DNA of 64,000 bases, from the IMG/VR virus record IMGVR_UViG_3300025282_000024; one strand, given 5' to 3'. The notes under the pieces are model-generated. The model searched no databases and was not told where the DNA came from. It saw only the letters and a list, made by a program, of their open reading frames with translations. The position numbers and the translations under genes are program-made. This DNA comes from a virus. This document shows, in pieces, positions 52,346 to 61,115 of this stretch. Positions within the stretch are counted from its first letter, which is position 1, and each line of letters starts with the position of its first letter.

Positions 52346-53278
52346 TTATATTTGCATTATTTTTTGTATCAACAGCGTTGATTCGTCAAACAGCATTGCA
52401 GCACTCTTCTTGATTTCAAACTCTTTTTTTGTCATGCTGCCAACATCTTCATATTCAGAAGTGTCTATCTTATAAACTTCCACACCATACGAATTCAGCA
52501 CGTTAACGATGCTTAGAGCCTTCTTCTCGGCATCTTGGTCCAGTGCCATGTATATGCGATTAGAATGCGTTAGAATGGCCTTAAATAGCCGAGAGCGGCT
52601 ATTGAGAGTTGACCCAAGAAGGGGAATAGAGTTGTCTGCATTCACTGCATCAAAAGCCCCTTCTACCAAAGTTACTGGTTTTTCCCAATCAATCGATAGT
52701 TCATTAAATACGATGTCCTTTGAAACTGGAGGATTTTTATACTTTAGCCAATCCTGTCTATAAGTCCTAGCAATGAAATAGTTGCAATATCCATCCAAGT
52801 TAAAAGAGGGTATAATAATTCTGTTTTTATATTCACCTGTTTCACAATAACCAATTTTCCACCTCAATATATCATAACTTGTCACACCACGTTTTTTAAG
52901 ATATTTTAAGGACTCTCGTGATGATGTGGGCAAATTTTTGTTGGCGAGGCAGATATATTCTGATGGTAGAGAAATCCTCTGCTCTTGCTCGAAAACCCCC
53001 TCTGCTTCAAAAAGATTGTCAAATTCTGATATATCCACTCGTTCAAAAAAATTGCTCCATGCTTTTCTGTGATTATAGTTTCCAAATCTTTTAACAAGGT
53101 AGAAAATATTTCTCCCACTAGTATCACACACCCAACATTTATAAGAATTCTTGGAGATGTTTACCGACATCTTTTTTTTATGATGATTACAAAAAGGGCA
53201 CGAAAACAAGCACTCCTCATTCGAGCGATAAAAGTCTCCTAAAATCTCTTGTAATATTTGAATCTTTTCAGAATCCAT
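52346..53278 (-). CDS. DNA primase (DnaG-type, gp61-like)
   Basis: Zn finger CPFC.H...CWVC, RIIIP, KYKN, TOPRIM VEGAFD, ALDQD. Confidence 0.92.
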   Translation of the reverse strand: MDSEKIQILQEILGDFYRSNEECLFSCPFCNHHKKKMSVNISKNSYKCWVCDTSGRNIFYLVKRFGNYNHRKAWSNFFERVDISEFDNLFEAEGVFEQEQRISLPSEYICLANKNLPTSSRESLKYLKKRGVTSYDILRWKIGYCETGEYKNRIIIPSFNLDGYCNYFIARTYRQDWLKYKNPPVSKDIVFNELSIDWEKPVTLVEGAFDAVNADNSIPLLGSTLNSRSRLFKAILTHSNRIYMALDQDAEKKALSIVNVLNSYGVEVYKIDTSEYEDVGSMTKKEFEIKKSAAMLFDESTLLIQKIMQI

Positions 53279-53284
53279 AAAGAT

Positions 53285-53313
53285 AGCCTAACAGAAACAA
53301 TACAAGAAGTCAA
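53285..53313 (-). promoter_or_regulatory. sigma70 promoter, likely leaderless primase transcript
   Basis: TTGACT-N17-TAGGCT with TG extension, 6 nt before the ATG, no SD. Confidence 0.55.
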
Positions 53314-53825
53314 GAACTTTTAAGATATGCTGCCTTCGCAATAACCCAACTATCGGCCTTATCATAACAATGTGGCTTGACGTTATTAAATTTTGTATAT
53401 TCTATTTGAATTTTAGGAACATTGTCTAAAATATATTCAATGACAACTTGTTTTGCTTTTGTTCCTCGTGGAACTGTAATACCACAAAGTTTTCTGGCTG
53501 ATGTGGCCGCTATATATTCCGGCTCAACTTGTAGTATTCCATATACCAACCACGACACCACGCCATTAAAACGAGCAAGAGTTGAAAGAGTTTTTGCAGA
53601 TGAGAATCCAGATCTAAAAGACTGGAGAGATTGCTCGATATATACCCTTTCGATTCCCGAATGTTTGTTACAAAGCTCTTTAAGATGTTGCTCAACATAT
53701 TCTACCTTCTTGAAGAAATTTTTAAATTTTCTAGTATCCCAGGCCTCATTATAAACAATATTGCCTTCTTTGTCAAGTACTGTTGCACCAGTTATACTGG
53801 TGGAGATATCTAATCCTAAAATCAT
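53310..53825 (-). CDS. RuvC-like Holliday junction resolvase
   Basis: ILGLDISTSITG, VYIEQ, K, D.ADS acidic tetrad. Confidence 0.82.
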   Translation of the reverse strand: MILGLDISTSITGATVLDKEGNIVYNEAWDTRKFKNFFKKVEYVEQHLKELCNKHSGIERVYIEQSLQSFRSGFSSAKTLSTLARFNGVVSWLVYGILQVEPEYIAATSARKLCGITVPRGTKAKQVVIEYILDNVPKIQIEYTKFNNVKPHCYDKADSWVIAKAAYLKSS

Positions 53826-55034
53826 TTATATATCTAATTTAACTTTAAAAGTATATGCGAGGGTCTCAAGCTTTTTAACTGGTGTTGCTAACTTAACAGT
53901 ACCAATTAATTTTCTTTGATCATCGAATATACCTATTGTACTAATAAATGTTTGTTTTTTAAAGGAAGAAGAATAATTGCATATAGAACCGCTGATGGTG
54001 TTCTTGATTGGTATAGAGTCATTCTCCGAAAAAGATGCACTACCATACTGGTATAAGGGTGCCGCAGACGAACTGGCATATAATTTATATGTAGGGTTGC
54101 TAGAATGATTTAGCAAGCCTTTTGGCGCAGTCATATACATATCTAATGTCGTCACCTCATTTGTTCCACGAAACTCCATCCTATAGCTCGCGGATGGAGC
54201 GAGGCCGCTATCGCCACTGTCATTTGCGCCGGCAGCAAAATCACACCATCTTGCTTGCCGCGTTGCATAGGTAAAATTATATGTTGCTGGCGTCAAATCC
54301 CAACTTCCTGTCAATAGCGCAAAGCCCTCATTATATAAAACGACGCCGGCTACGAGTCCAGAACCGTTTGTTTGAGCATACGTATCGCCAGCAGTTTGTA
54401 TTAATTCTCCATTTTTGTTTTTATCTGTTAATTGTGCTACAAGGGCACCAGAAATATAAAATTGTAGATTAACTGATCCGGGCTTTATTCCGCTATCAAA
54501 AAAGATTGATGGAATACTCACTAAATTAACTTCTTGTGTACCCTTATCTCCGTAAGAAGACGAAAAGGCATACTGATCAGTCAAATAAGTATAATAATTT
54601 AATGTGTTTTTCAGCCCTGAAACATGTGGTCGCGTTGTGCCAACTGCAAATCGTTCTCTACTGATGCTTGCAGAAAGAGGATATGAACCAGTTAAAACGT
54701 CACCATACTCATATGAAGTATTATATGTAGCATCAGTAACGGTGCCAATAGAATTAAAACCACCATCCTTAGTGGTAAAGGGAAATATCAACGCTTTGAC
54801 ACCAGAACCAACTTCCGGATCATAAGTGTGGGCGCTACTGTCCCGGTCGATATTTAGTTCATATAAACTAACATGGCCAGTGGGGACCATGGTATCATTA
54901 TTATTATATGCACCGCTAATCGCACTTAAAGAGTTTAAATAAATATTGCCACTTATAACATCAAAAACATACTGCGGGTGTGTTTTTAAAGTGTTACGAA
55001 GAATATTTTTGTCTTCAAGCTTATAGTATGGCAT
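53826..55034 (-). CDS. Putative virion/baseplate protein
   Basis: S/T/G-rich; C-terminal FISTIGIFD....IG..KLATPVKK, paralogous to the next gene. Confidence 0.6.
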   Translation of the reverse strand: MPYYKLEDKNILRNTLKTHPQYVFDVISGNIYLNSLSAISGAYNNNDTMVPTGHVSLYELNIDRDSSAHTYDPEVGSGVKALIFPFTTKDGGFNSIGTVTDATYNTSYEYGDVLTGSYPLSASISRERFAVGTTRPHVSGLKNTLNYYTYLTDQYAFSSSYGDKGTQEVNLVSIPSIFFDSGIKPGSVNLQFYISGALVAQLTDKNKNGELIQTAGDTYAQTNGSGLVAGVVLYNEGFALLTGSWDLTPATYNFTYATRQARWCDFAAGANDSGDSGLAPSASYRMEFRGTNEVTTLDMYMTAPKGLLNHSSNPTYKLYASSSAAPLYQYGSASFSENDSIPIKNTISGSICNYSSSFKKQTFISTIGIFDDQRKLIGTVKLATPVKKLETLAYTFKVKLDI

Positions 55035-55039
55035 AACAT

Positions 55040-56131
55040 TTAATAATCCAACCTCACGCGCAGAGTTAACTCATTGCTTGGAGTTTTCTTTAATGGCTCA
55101 GACAATTTAGCAACCGCTAAGAGTTCATTATTTGGCGAGTAAAGACCAATAGTTGTCAAATAAGACACTGGTTGTGCAAAAGGATTGTTTCCTTTAACTC
55201 TAATTTTACTAGCTGACAAATAAGTTGGATTAGAAGAATAATTATAATCTCCCGTGTTAGCTCGACAGAAATAAATTGTTGAATTAAGTTCTGTAGTATT
55301 ATTATATTCAATGTTAACAAGCCTATTTCTTAATCCATCGGCAAAAGTATCGATACTAGATTGTGATAATACGCTCCAAATCTCAGCTGACGTTCCTGGA
55401 ATGCCAAAGTAAACACGACTTCTGGGCGCAGTACTCACTGTCGAGGATCCTGTGGGATATGTGGAAAATATATAAGGGCTGATTACTGCAATGCCGGCTT
55501 GGTAATAAACATGCCCCACGGCTGAATCATTATTTGGCGTTGCAGATGAAGTATAGAGTAGGCCATATTCACCAGTGGGTGAATTCACAAGGAAGCTCGA
55601 TGATGCGCCATAATCCGATATCGTCATCGCGCCGGTCATTGAGGATCCATTGTCGGTTCCCGTCAAGAAACTCATAGAGAATGTGCCTTTCTTAATTTCG
55701 TCTTTAGTCAAAAGTCGAGCAAAATTAACGAAAACCGCCTCATTGAATTTTTCATCACCGGTCTCGTTTAAATTTCCGTTTTTATCAAAGGGTTGAATAT
55801 TTCCGCTAGTATCATAAGGAACCAAAACTTGAGCCATTTGATCATAAATATTCCTTTTCTTTGTATATTGCGCGGCGGTACTAAAATCAGCACTAGTAAA
55901 GTTAACAGATTCAGCGCTAATACCAACAGTAATATCAAAAATATGATTTGCAGAAGAACTTAAATAAGGATAATCATATACTGACTGAAACATGCCATGA
56001 GCATATGTTTTAATATTATTATCAGAATAAGTTCCTGAAGCAATCGTACCAGTAACTGGAATTGCCTCGTGAAGTAGCGTTCTTGTTGTCGCCACATCGT
56101 TATTCAAAAGTGTCTTAAATGTAGTTGCCAT
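55040..56131 (-). CDS. Putative virion/baseplate protein
   Basis: YNYSSNPTY, YLTTIGLY..NNELLAVAKLSEPLKK...RVRLDY. Confidence 0.6.
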   Translation of the reverse strand: MATTFKTLLNNDVATTRTLLHEAIPVTGTIASGTYSDNNIKTYAHGMFQSVYDYPYLSSSANHIFDITVGISAESVNFTSADFSTAAQYTKKRNIYDQMAQVLVPYDTSGNIQPFDKNGNLNETGDEKFNEAVFVNFARLLTKDEIKKGTFSMSFLTGTDNGSSMTGAMTISDYGASSSFLVNSPTGEYGLLYTSSATPNNDSAVGHVYYQAGIAVISPYIFSTYPTGSSTVSTAPRSRVYFGIPGTSAEIWSVLSQSSIDTFADGLRNRLVNIEYNNTTELNSTIYFCRANTGDYNYSSNPTYLSASKIRVKGNNPFAQPVSYLTTIGLYSPNNELLAVAKLSEPLKKTPSNELTLRVRLDY

Positions 56132-56146
56132 GTTTTTCCTTCCTTT

Positions 56147-57121
56147 TTATTGCTTTTTGACAAAACGAACTGGTATGTCGATTCTGTATCCTGTTGTTGC
56201 CCCAGTAACTCTAACAATAGTATCAATATAATAGAACGTTGTGGCGTCAGGTGCACCCACCGCAAATGTGCTACCAAGCCTTTCAAATAAGTAAGTGCTA
56301 GTTCTCAAATTGGTTGAAGCTTTTATTTTAAAAGCGCAATGTGTTCCTCTTGGGCCAGCAATTGCCGTATTAATAAGGTCATTGGTAACTTGATCAGTGT
56401 CGGCGGCAAGAGGAGCTACATCAGTACTTTTCACAAAATCACCAGTCGACAAATAATAGCTAGCAACATTATCATCATCTATAAAAGAAAACGCTGTGGT
56501 TTTGCCAACCGTTTGTCCACCATCCAAAGTCTGCGGATCTGCAGTCGTTAGCGAGCCCAGCCTATTATCTATTTCTACAATGTATTGATTTTCCTGTAGC
56601 TCTGCGTCGATCTTATAAGCATTAGATATCTCTGTTGTGTTTAGCCCCTGATCAACGCGGATATTTGTAATTTTGTCAGATGGCTTGGCTCCCGGGTCAT
56701 TCCCTGGAATATAATTACCTAAAGCATTATTTGCAAATAATGTTGAGGTTGCCGCATCTACAGACACAACAAACGATCCGGACCCAACATTGGAATTCCA
56801 TTGTGTAAAATTCATCTTCTGATTTAATGCAACAACTGGCAAGTAAAGAATATTATTATTTGTTAGCGTAATCAGCTTAGATTTCATATTTGCAGTGTTG
56901 TTAGTAAAAGCTTCTAAAACCGGTGATTGGAGAATTTCTATATCGTAATAGGCAGAGCCGCTACTATTCGTCGCGTCGTAATTGCTATAATCAATTTCAT
57001 CATCTCCAAACGCATATTTTGTGATTCTGAAAGAACCATCGCCCTCGGCCAATCTTTTTCGACCCGCATCCGTTAGTACCGCATCCAATATGATATCGCC
57101 ACTATTATCTAAATATGCCAT
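56147..57121 (-). CDS. Putative virion/baseplate protein
   Basis: MAYLDNSGDIILDAVLTDAGRKRLA...ITKYAFGDDEIDY; CTATTTAA motif and SD upstream. Confidence 0.6.
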   Translation of the reverse strand: MAYLDNSGDIILDAVLTDAGRKRLAEGDGSFRITKYAFGDDEIDYSNYDATNSSGSAYYDIEILQSPVLEAFTNNTANMKSKLITLTNNNILYLPVVALNQKMNFTQWNSNVGSGSFVVSVDAATSTLFANNALGNYIPGNDPGAKPSDKITNIRVDQGLNTTEISNAYKIDAELQENQYIVEIDNRLGSLTTADPQTLDGGQTVGKTTAFSFIDDDNVASYYLSTGDFVKSTDVAPLAADTDQVTNDLINTAIAGPRGTHCAFKIKASTNLRTSTYLFERLGSTFAVGAPDATTFYYIDTIVRVTGATTGYRIDIPVRFVKKQ

Positions 57122-57181
57122 AATAATACTCCTTTTCCATAATTAAATAGTTACTTTTTGTTGTTTTTTCAATTCTTTATT

Positions 57182-60100
57182 TTAACATTTTCCTGAGCTG
57201 TGTATATTTGGCTCGCCACTTGAAGATTCATTTTCTTTTTGAATTTTAGCAACATCCTTCACAGTTAAATTCAAATCAAATTTCTTACCCGTCTTTTTAC
57301 TTGTAAATCTAAATTTAAATGTTTTGCCCCACACTGATTTATCCAGCTCAGGATCTCCAATCATTTTATCCAAGTCGCCACTATTAACTAGCCCAACTGA
57401 ACCATCCTTATAATTTTCTAAAGCATCCTCGTCAAGAACTCTTTGTTCCATGGTGGGCCCAATTCGAATATATTTCATAAAACTCTTTGTAGGATCATTT
57501 GCTTTTTTATCTTGCAACTCATTCATGAAAAACATTTTAAATATTGTATAAGGGGCCTCGCCATCTTTGTCTACAATTCTAGCCAAATATACTGGGGATG
57601 GATTAGAATAATTGCCATGTGTATCTATTTCTCTAAATATGTAATAATAATCTTTATTTGTTTTTAATGTATCATCGATATACCCAAGATTTGATAGACC
57701 TTCACCAACAGCCGCTATTCTTGTTTCACTAGTCGGCGTAAAGTCTTGATATGATTTGGGTTTTTTATCAATTCTTAATATTTCTATAGAGCCACAAAAG
57801 TCATCTCCAGAGTAAGTAATTGGCCCCTTCATTTTTCTCTGGTTTATTCTTGTCTTAACTTGTGTGGTTTCTTCATCTTTGTTCATGAGAATATGAGTTT
57901 TTCCCTCATTGCCTCCAACTCCAGGTACCAAAACTTTATCAAGAGATATGGGATATAAATCATATTCTCCAATATTAAAATTACAATTTATTAATACTTT
58001 GTCAGTTTCCCCATATAACGGCAGGAATGATACATCTGGAAATATTGGTGGCTTATCCCAAACCAGTGTTGTTTCGAGAGATGTCAAAAAATAAGATGCT
58101 TCGTAATTTGTGGCTTTCTCTCCCGGAAGATAAACAGTATTGTTGGCAGACGCAATTGTATTATAATACGGAACTCTAATTAAATGTACGTCTGGTTTAT
58201 AATTGTAGTATAAATCAAGACCTTGGCCTGGGAAAAGAAAATTCGGCCCACTTATGACTTCACTTTGATATTGTGTGCCAATGACAAAAGTGTGTGCATA
58301 AACTTGATAGTAATACCCCTTATCATATTTAACTTGTGTGTCAATATATTTTGCTGTATCGATGCCTGGAATATTTGGAATGAAAAAGCTTTGTATAAAT
58401 GATTTAGTTTTTGTATTGAGTTTTCCTGGGTTGGGGCCGCCCACCGGAGCATAAGAAAAATTCTCACCGGTCTTTTCTTCTTCAGAACTGCCCACGCTAT
58501 TGCCTGGAGAATATGGTGCTTCTTCAAAATCAGCATCTGTCCAAGCTTTATATTTGACAACTTCATAAAATAAAACTTCAGAATATGCTTTTTTGCCTTG
58601 ATATATATCTTTTACGCTTCTTACTCTTTCATTAATAAATTTATTTATTTTTGTCTTTGCAGCTATCCATTTTAAAAACGAGAGGGGAGCACCAGCAGAT
58701 TTAGGAGGAGCTTTTCCAAAAACAACAGGTTTTAATATGCTGATGTCGTCAGACAATACCCCTCCTTTTAATTTTTTTAATTGTGCGATATAGTCAGCAC
58801 CGCTACCTTCATTATTTATCCAATCATAATATTGAGGAGGGAGGCCTGCAAAATTATTTGCTAGCCTCTTCATCGTGTTTTTTGCCCATTCTCCATCGGT
58901 ATGGTATGCAGGGGATGCATCTAAATCCAACAAAAGGTCAGTTTCTAGAAAATCATTTAACCAAAGATGCAACAATGTTTCGTTAAACATTGTATTTTGT
59001 TCCGGTTGTACATCTCCTTTCACAATTTGATTATCTTTTCTTATTACACATGTTTCATTCAGGGTGGTCGATGCATAAAGTGTAATATCGTCATAAAATT
59101 TTTGGACTTTTTCAGTAAGCGCGTCTTCGCTAGCGTTACAAACGGTGTATGTGGCCGCCATAACATTTTGCATAAAAATATCAGTTAAGCCGCTCTCATA
59201 CAAAACGTTACCTACATAGCCGCTGTTGGCCATCGGTAAATTAATATCGACATAAAAGGGAAACATCTTTTTTAATTTATCTGCCTCATCTACAAAATCT
59301 TTCATTTTATATGCAGAGACGCCAACAACATTGTATTTCTTTTCTTTAATTGAATATTGAGAACCTTTAATGCCCCCCTTATAGAAGTTGGTACCACACG
59401 CATCTCCGGTATTATATTTATCGAAGGCGCCGCATGCAGGCTCATTTAATGTGCCCATAGTGCTTACCCAAGAGTTTAAATAATCAGCAATATTTTTAAC
59501 TGGTCCATTATTTGTATCTTGTTTCTTAGTACCTACAGACAGATATTGTCCCAAAGTGCCAGCTAAGAATTTATAGGTCGCAGGAGCAACTGGGATCGGT
59601 GGCCACGTTTGGTCTTCGTAAGGGCCATCAATATATAAAGAACCATTTTCTTTTTTACAATATTTAAACAGATCGGTAGGCATCCATGAACCCTGGTCAG
59701 AATAACGAAAATATTGTTCTTCAGAAATTTGATCATAAATCAAGGCATATATGTTTGGAAGAAGCTGTTCTGGTATAGGCGACAAATCGGCATCGCTAAC
59801 ATATGACTCATGAGGCACTTTTATTGGCATATTATCTGAGGTAGGATAATCAGAAATTGCTTTCTCATAGGGCAATAAATAAAAATTATAATGACCTTGA
59901 ATTTTCACTGGAGATGATAATCCCAGATCCTCGCCAACGTTTGCTTGGTATGCGTTTTCTAGAAATGGCTTTTTAATTTCAAAAGTCGCATCTCTATATG
60001 AGTGGCCGCTGTAGTTTTTTGGAGCAAGTATACTCAAAGCATCATTATTGTCGGGGTCAGGGGCAGACAATTTTTCCCATTTCTCCCCGTTCTCATTTCC

Positions 60101-60886
60101 ACTAAACTGTTTTAAGTTTTCGAAAGCAGGATTGTCCCCAGCATTATAAGTTTTAAGGCGAAGGAGTTCGTTCATCAATAGAAGTCTAGATTTATATTGG
60201 CCCGCCTGGTCGGGCCCGGGCTTGTGAAGCTTTGAGGAAGAATATAATCCGTTTTTCCATGCAGCCGAATTATTGTCTGCAAAAGATCCCAACGACTGAA
60301 GATCGTATGTATTAGATGCATGAGGGGCGCCAATACTAAGGGCACCAATTGGGGACTTTTCTACCAAATAAGATATTTTAGCGGCTGCTCGAAGCGGATC
60401 CGCAGTATCTGAGGGGGCCGGCGGATTAAAGATATCTACCTGATCGCTATTTTTATAACGTGTTTTGTTTTTTAGCATAGGAAAACCGCCCGGGAATTCC
60501 AATTCGCCTGCTGCCTGTTGCGCAACATCAAAAGCAACATATTCAAGAGAAGCAACATTTTCTGGATCCACAGACATATTCCATGGAAACCATGACTCCG
60601 CAAGGCCCGGAGGAACTTTCCAACCTTTTTTCCATGGAAAGGTTGCGAAGGGCCCTTTTACGTGGGCGGCGCCGGCGGCAGAAACAAGTGAATAATCTCC
60701 ATATATTTCGCCCACCGTTTCTTCGGGGTTGCCTCCCTCAAGATTCATAGTTCTAAAGGGCGTATTAAATGGCACCACCAATATAGTAGATTGTGGGGAC
60801 TTCATAGAAGAGAGCTGATTATCAGGTTTCTCAAAAAGATCAACCTCTACCATTTCGCCTGTTTCTGGGTCTTTGTACCAAGCCAT
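57182..60886 (-). CDS. Large hypothetical (probably virion) protein
   Basis: 1234-aa ORF; C-terminal YYYIFREIDTHGNYSNPS is FN3-like. Confidence 0.7.
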   Translation of the reverse strand: MAWYKDPETGEMVEVDLFEKPDNQLSSMKSPQSTILVVPFNTPFRTMNLEGGNPEETVGEIYGDYSLVSAAGAAHVKGPFATFPWKKGWKVPPGLAESWFPWNMSVDPENVASLEYVAFDVAQQAAGELEFPGGFPMLKNKTRYKNSDQVDIFNPPAPSDTADPLRAAAKISYLVEKSPIGALSIGAPHASNTYDLQSLGSFADNNSAAWKNGLYSSSKLHKPGPDQAGQYKSRLLLMNELLRLKTYNAGDNPAFENLKQFSGNENGEKWEKLSAPDPDNNDALSILAPKNYSGHSYRDATFEIKKPFLENAYQANVGEDLGLSSPVKIQGHYNFYLLPYEKAISDYPTSDNMPIKVPHESYVSDADLSPIPEQLLPNIYALIYDQISEEQYFRYSDQGSWMPTDLFKYCKKENGSLYIDGPYEDQTWPPIPVAPATYKFLAGTLGQYLSVGTKKQDTNNGPVKNIADYLNSWVSTMGTLNEPACGAFDKYNTGDACGTNFYKGGIKGSQYSIKEKKYNVVGVSAYKMKDFVDEADKLKKMFPFYVDINLPMANSGYVGNVLYESGLTDIFMQNVMAATYTVCNASEDALTEKVQKFYDDITLYASTTLNETCVIRKDNQIVKGDVQPEQNTMFNETLLHLWLNDFLETDLLLDLDASPAYHTDGEWAKNTMKRLANNFAGLPPQYYDWINNEGSGADYIAQLKKLKGGVLSDDISILKPVVFGKAPPKSAGAPLSFLKWIAAKTKINKFINERVRSVKDIYQGKKAYSEVLFYEVVKYKAWTDADFEEAPYSPGNSVGSSEEEKTGENFSYAPVGGPNPGKLNTKTKSFIQSFFIPNIPGIDTAKYIDTQVKYDKGYYYQVYAHTFVIGTQYQSEVISGPNFLFPGQGLDLYYNYKPDVHLIRVPYYNTIASANNTVYLPGEKATNYEASYFLTSLETTLVWDKPPIFPDVSFLPLYGETDKVLINCNFNIGEYDLYPISLDKVLVPGVGGNEGKTHILMNKDEETTQVKTRINQRKMKGPITYSGDDFCGSIEILRIDKKPKSYQDFTPTSETRIAAVGEGLSNLGYIDDTLKTNKDYYYIFREIDTHGNYSNPSPVYLARIVDKDGEAPYTIFKMFFMNELQDKKANDPTKSFMKYIRIGPTMEQRVLDEDALENYKDGSVGLVNSGDLDKMIGDPELDKSVWGKTFKFRFTSKKTGKKFDLNLTVKDVAKIQKENESSSGEPNIHSSGKC

Positions 60887-60890
60887 TTAT

Positions 60891-61100
60891 TTAGTAGGCT
60901 CCTCCATCATCATTTTGCATGTCTACGGGGTTAGTACCATAGCTTTCCTCATCAACGCCAATAAAATCAAAGCTAGCCATTTGTTCTTGAAGGCTTTTAT
61001 TGGTTTCGGGAACATCAAACATGAAGCCGGTGCAAACATATTCTGCTCCCATTTTCGCAAGCTCTTGCGGATTTTTTAAGTTTACTATACTCAAAGCCAT
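60891..61100 (-). CDS. Small acidic hypothetical protein
   Basis: SD AAGGAG; fits the gap between two large genes. Confidence 0.6.
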   Translation of the reverse strand: MALSIVNLKNPQELAKMGAEYVCTGFMFDVPETNKSLQEQMASFDFIGVDEESYGTNPVDMQNDDGGAY

Positions 61101-61115
61101 TTTTAAACTCCTTTT

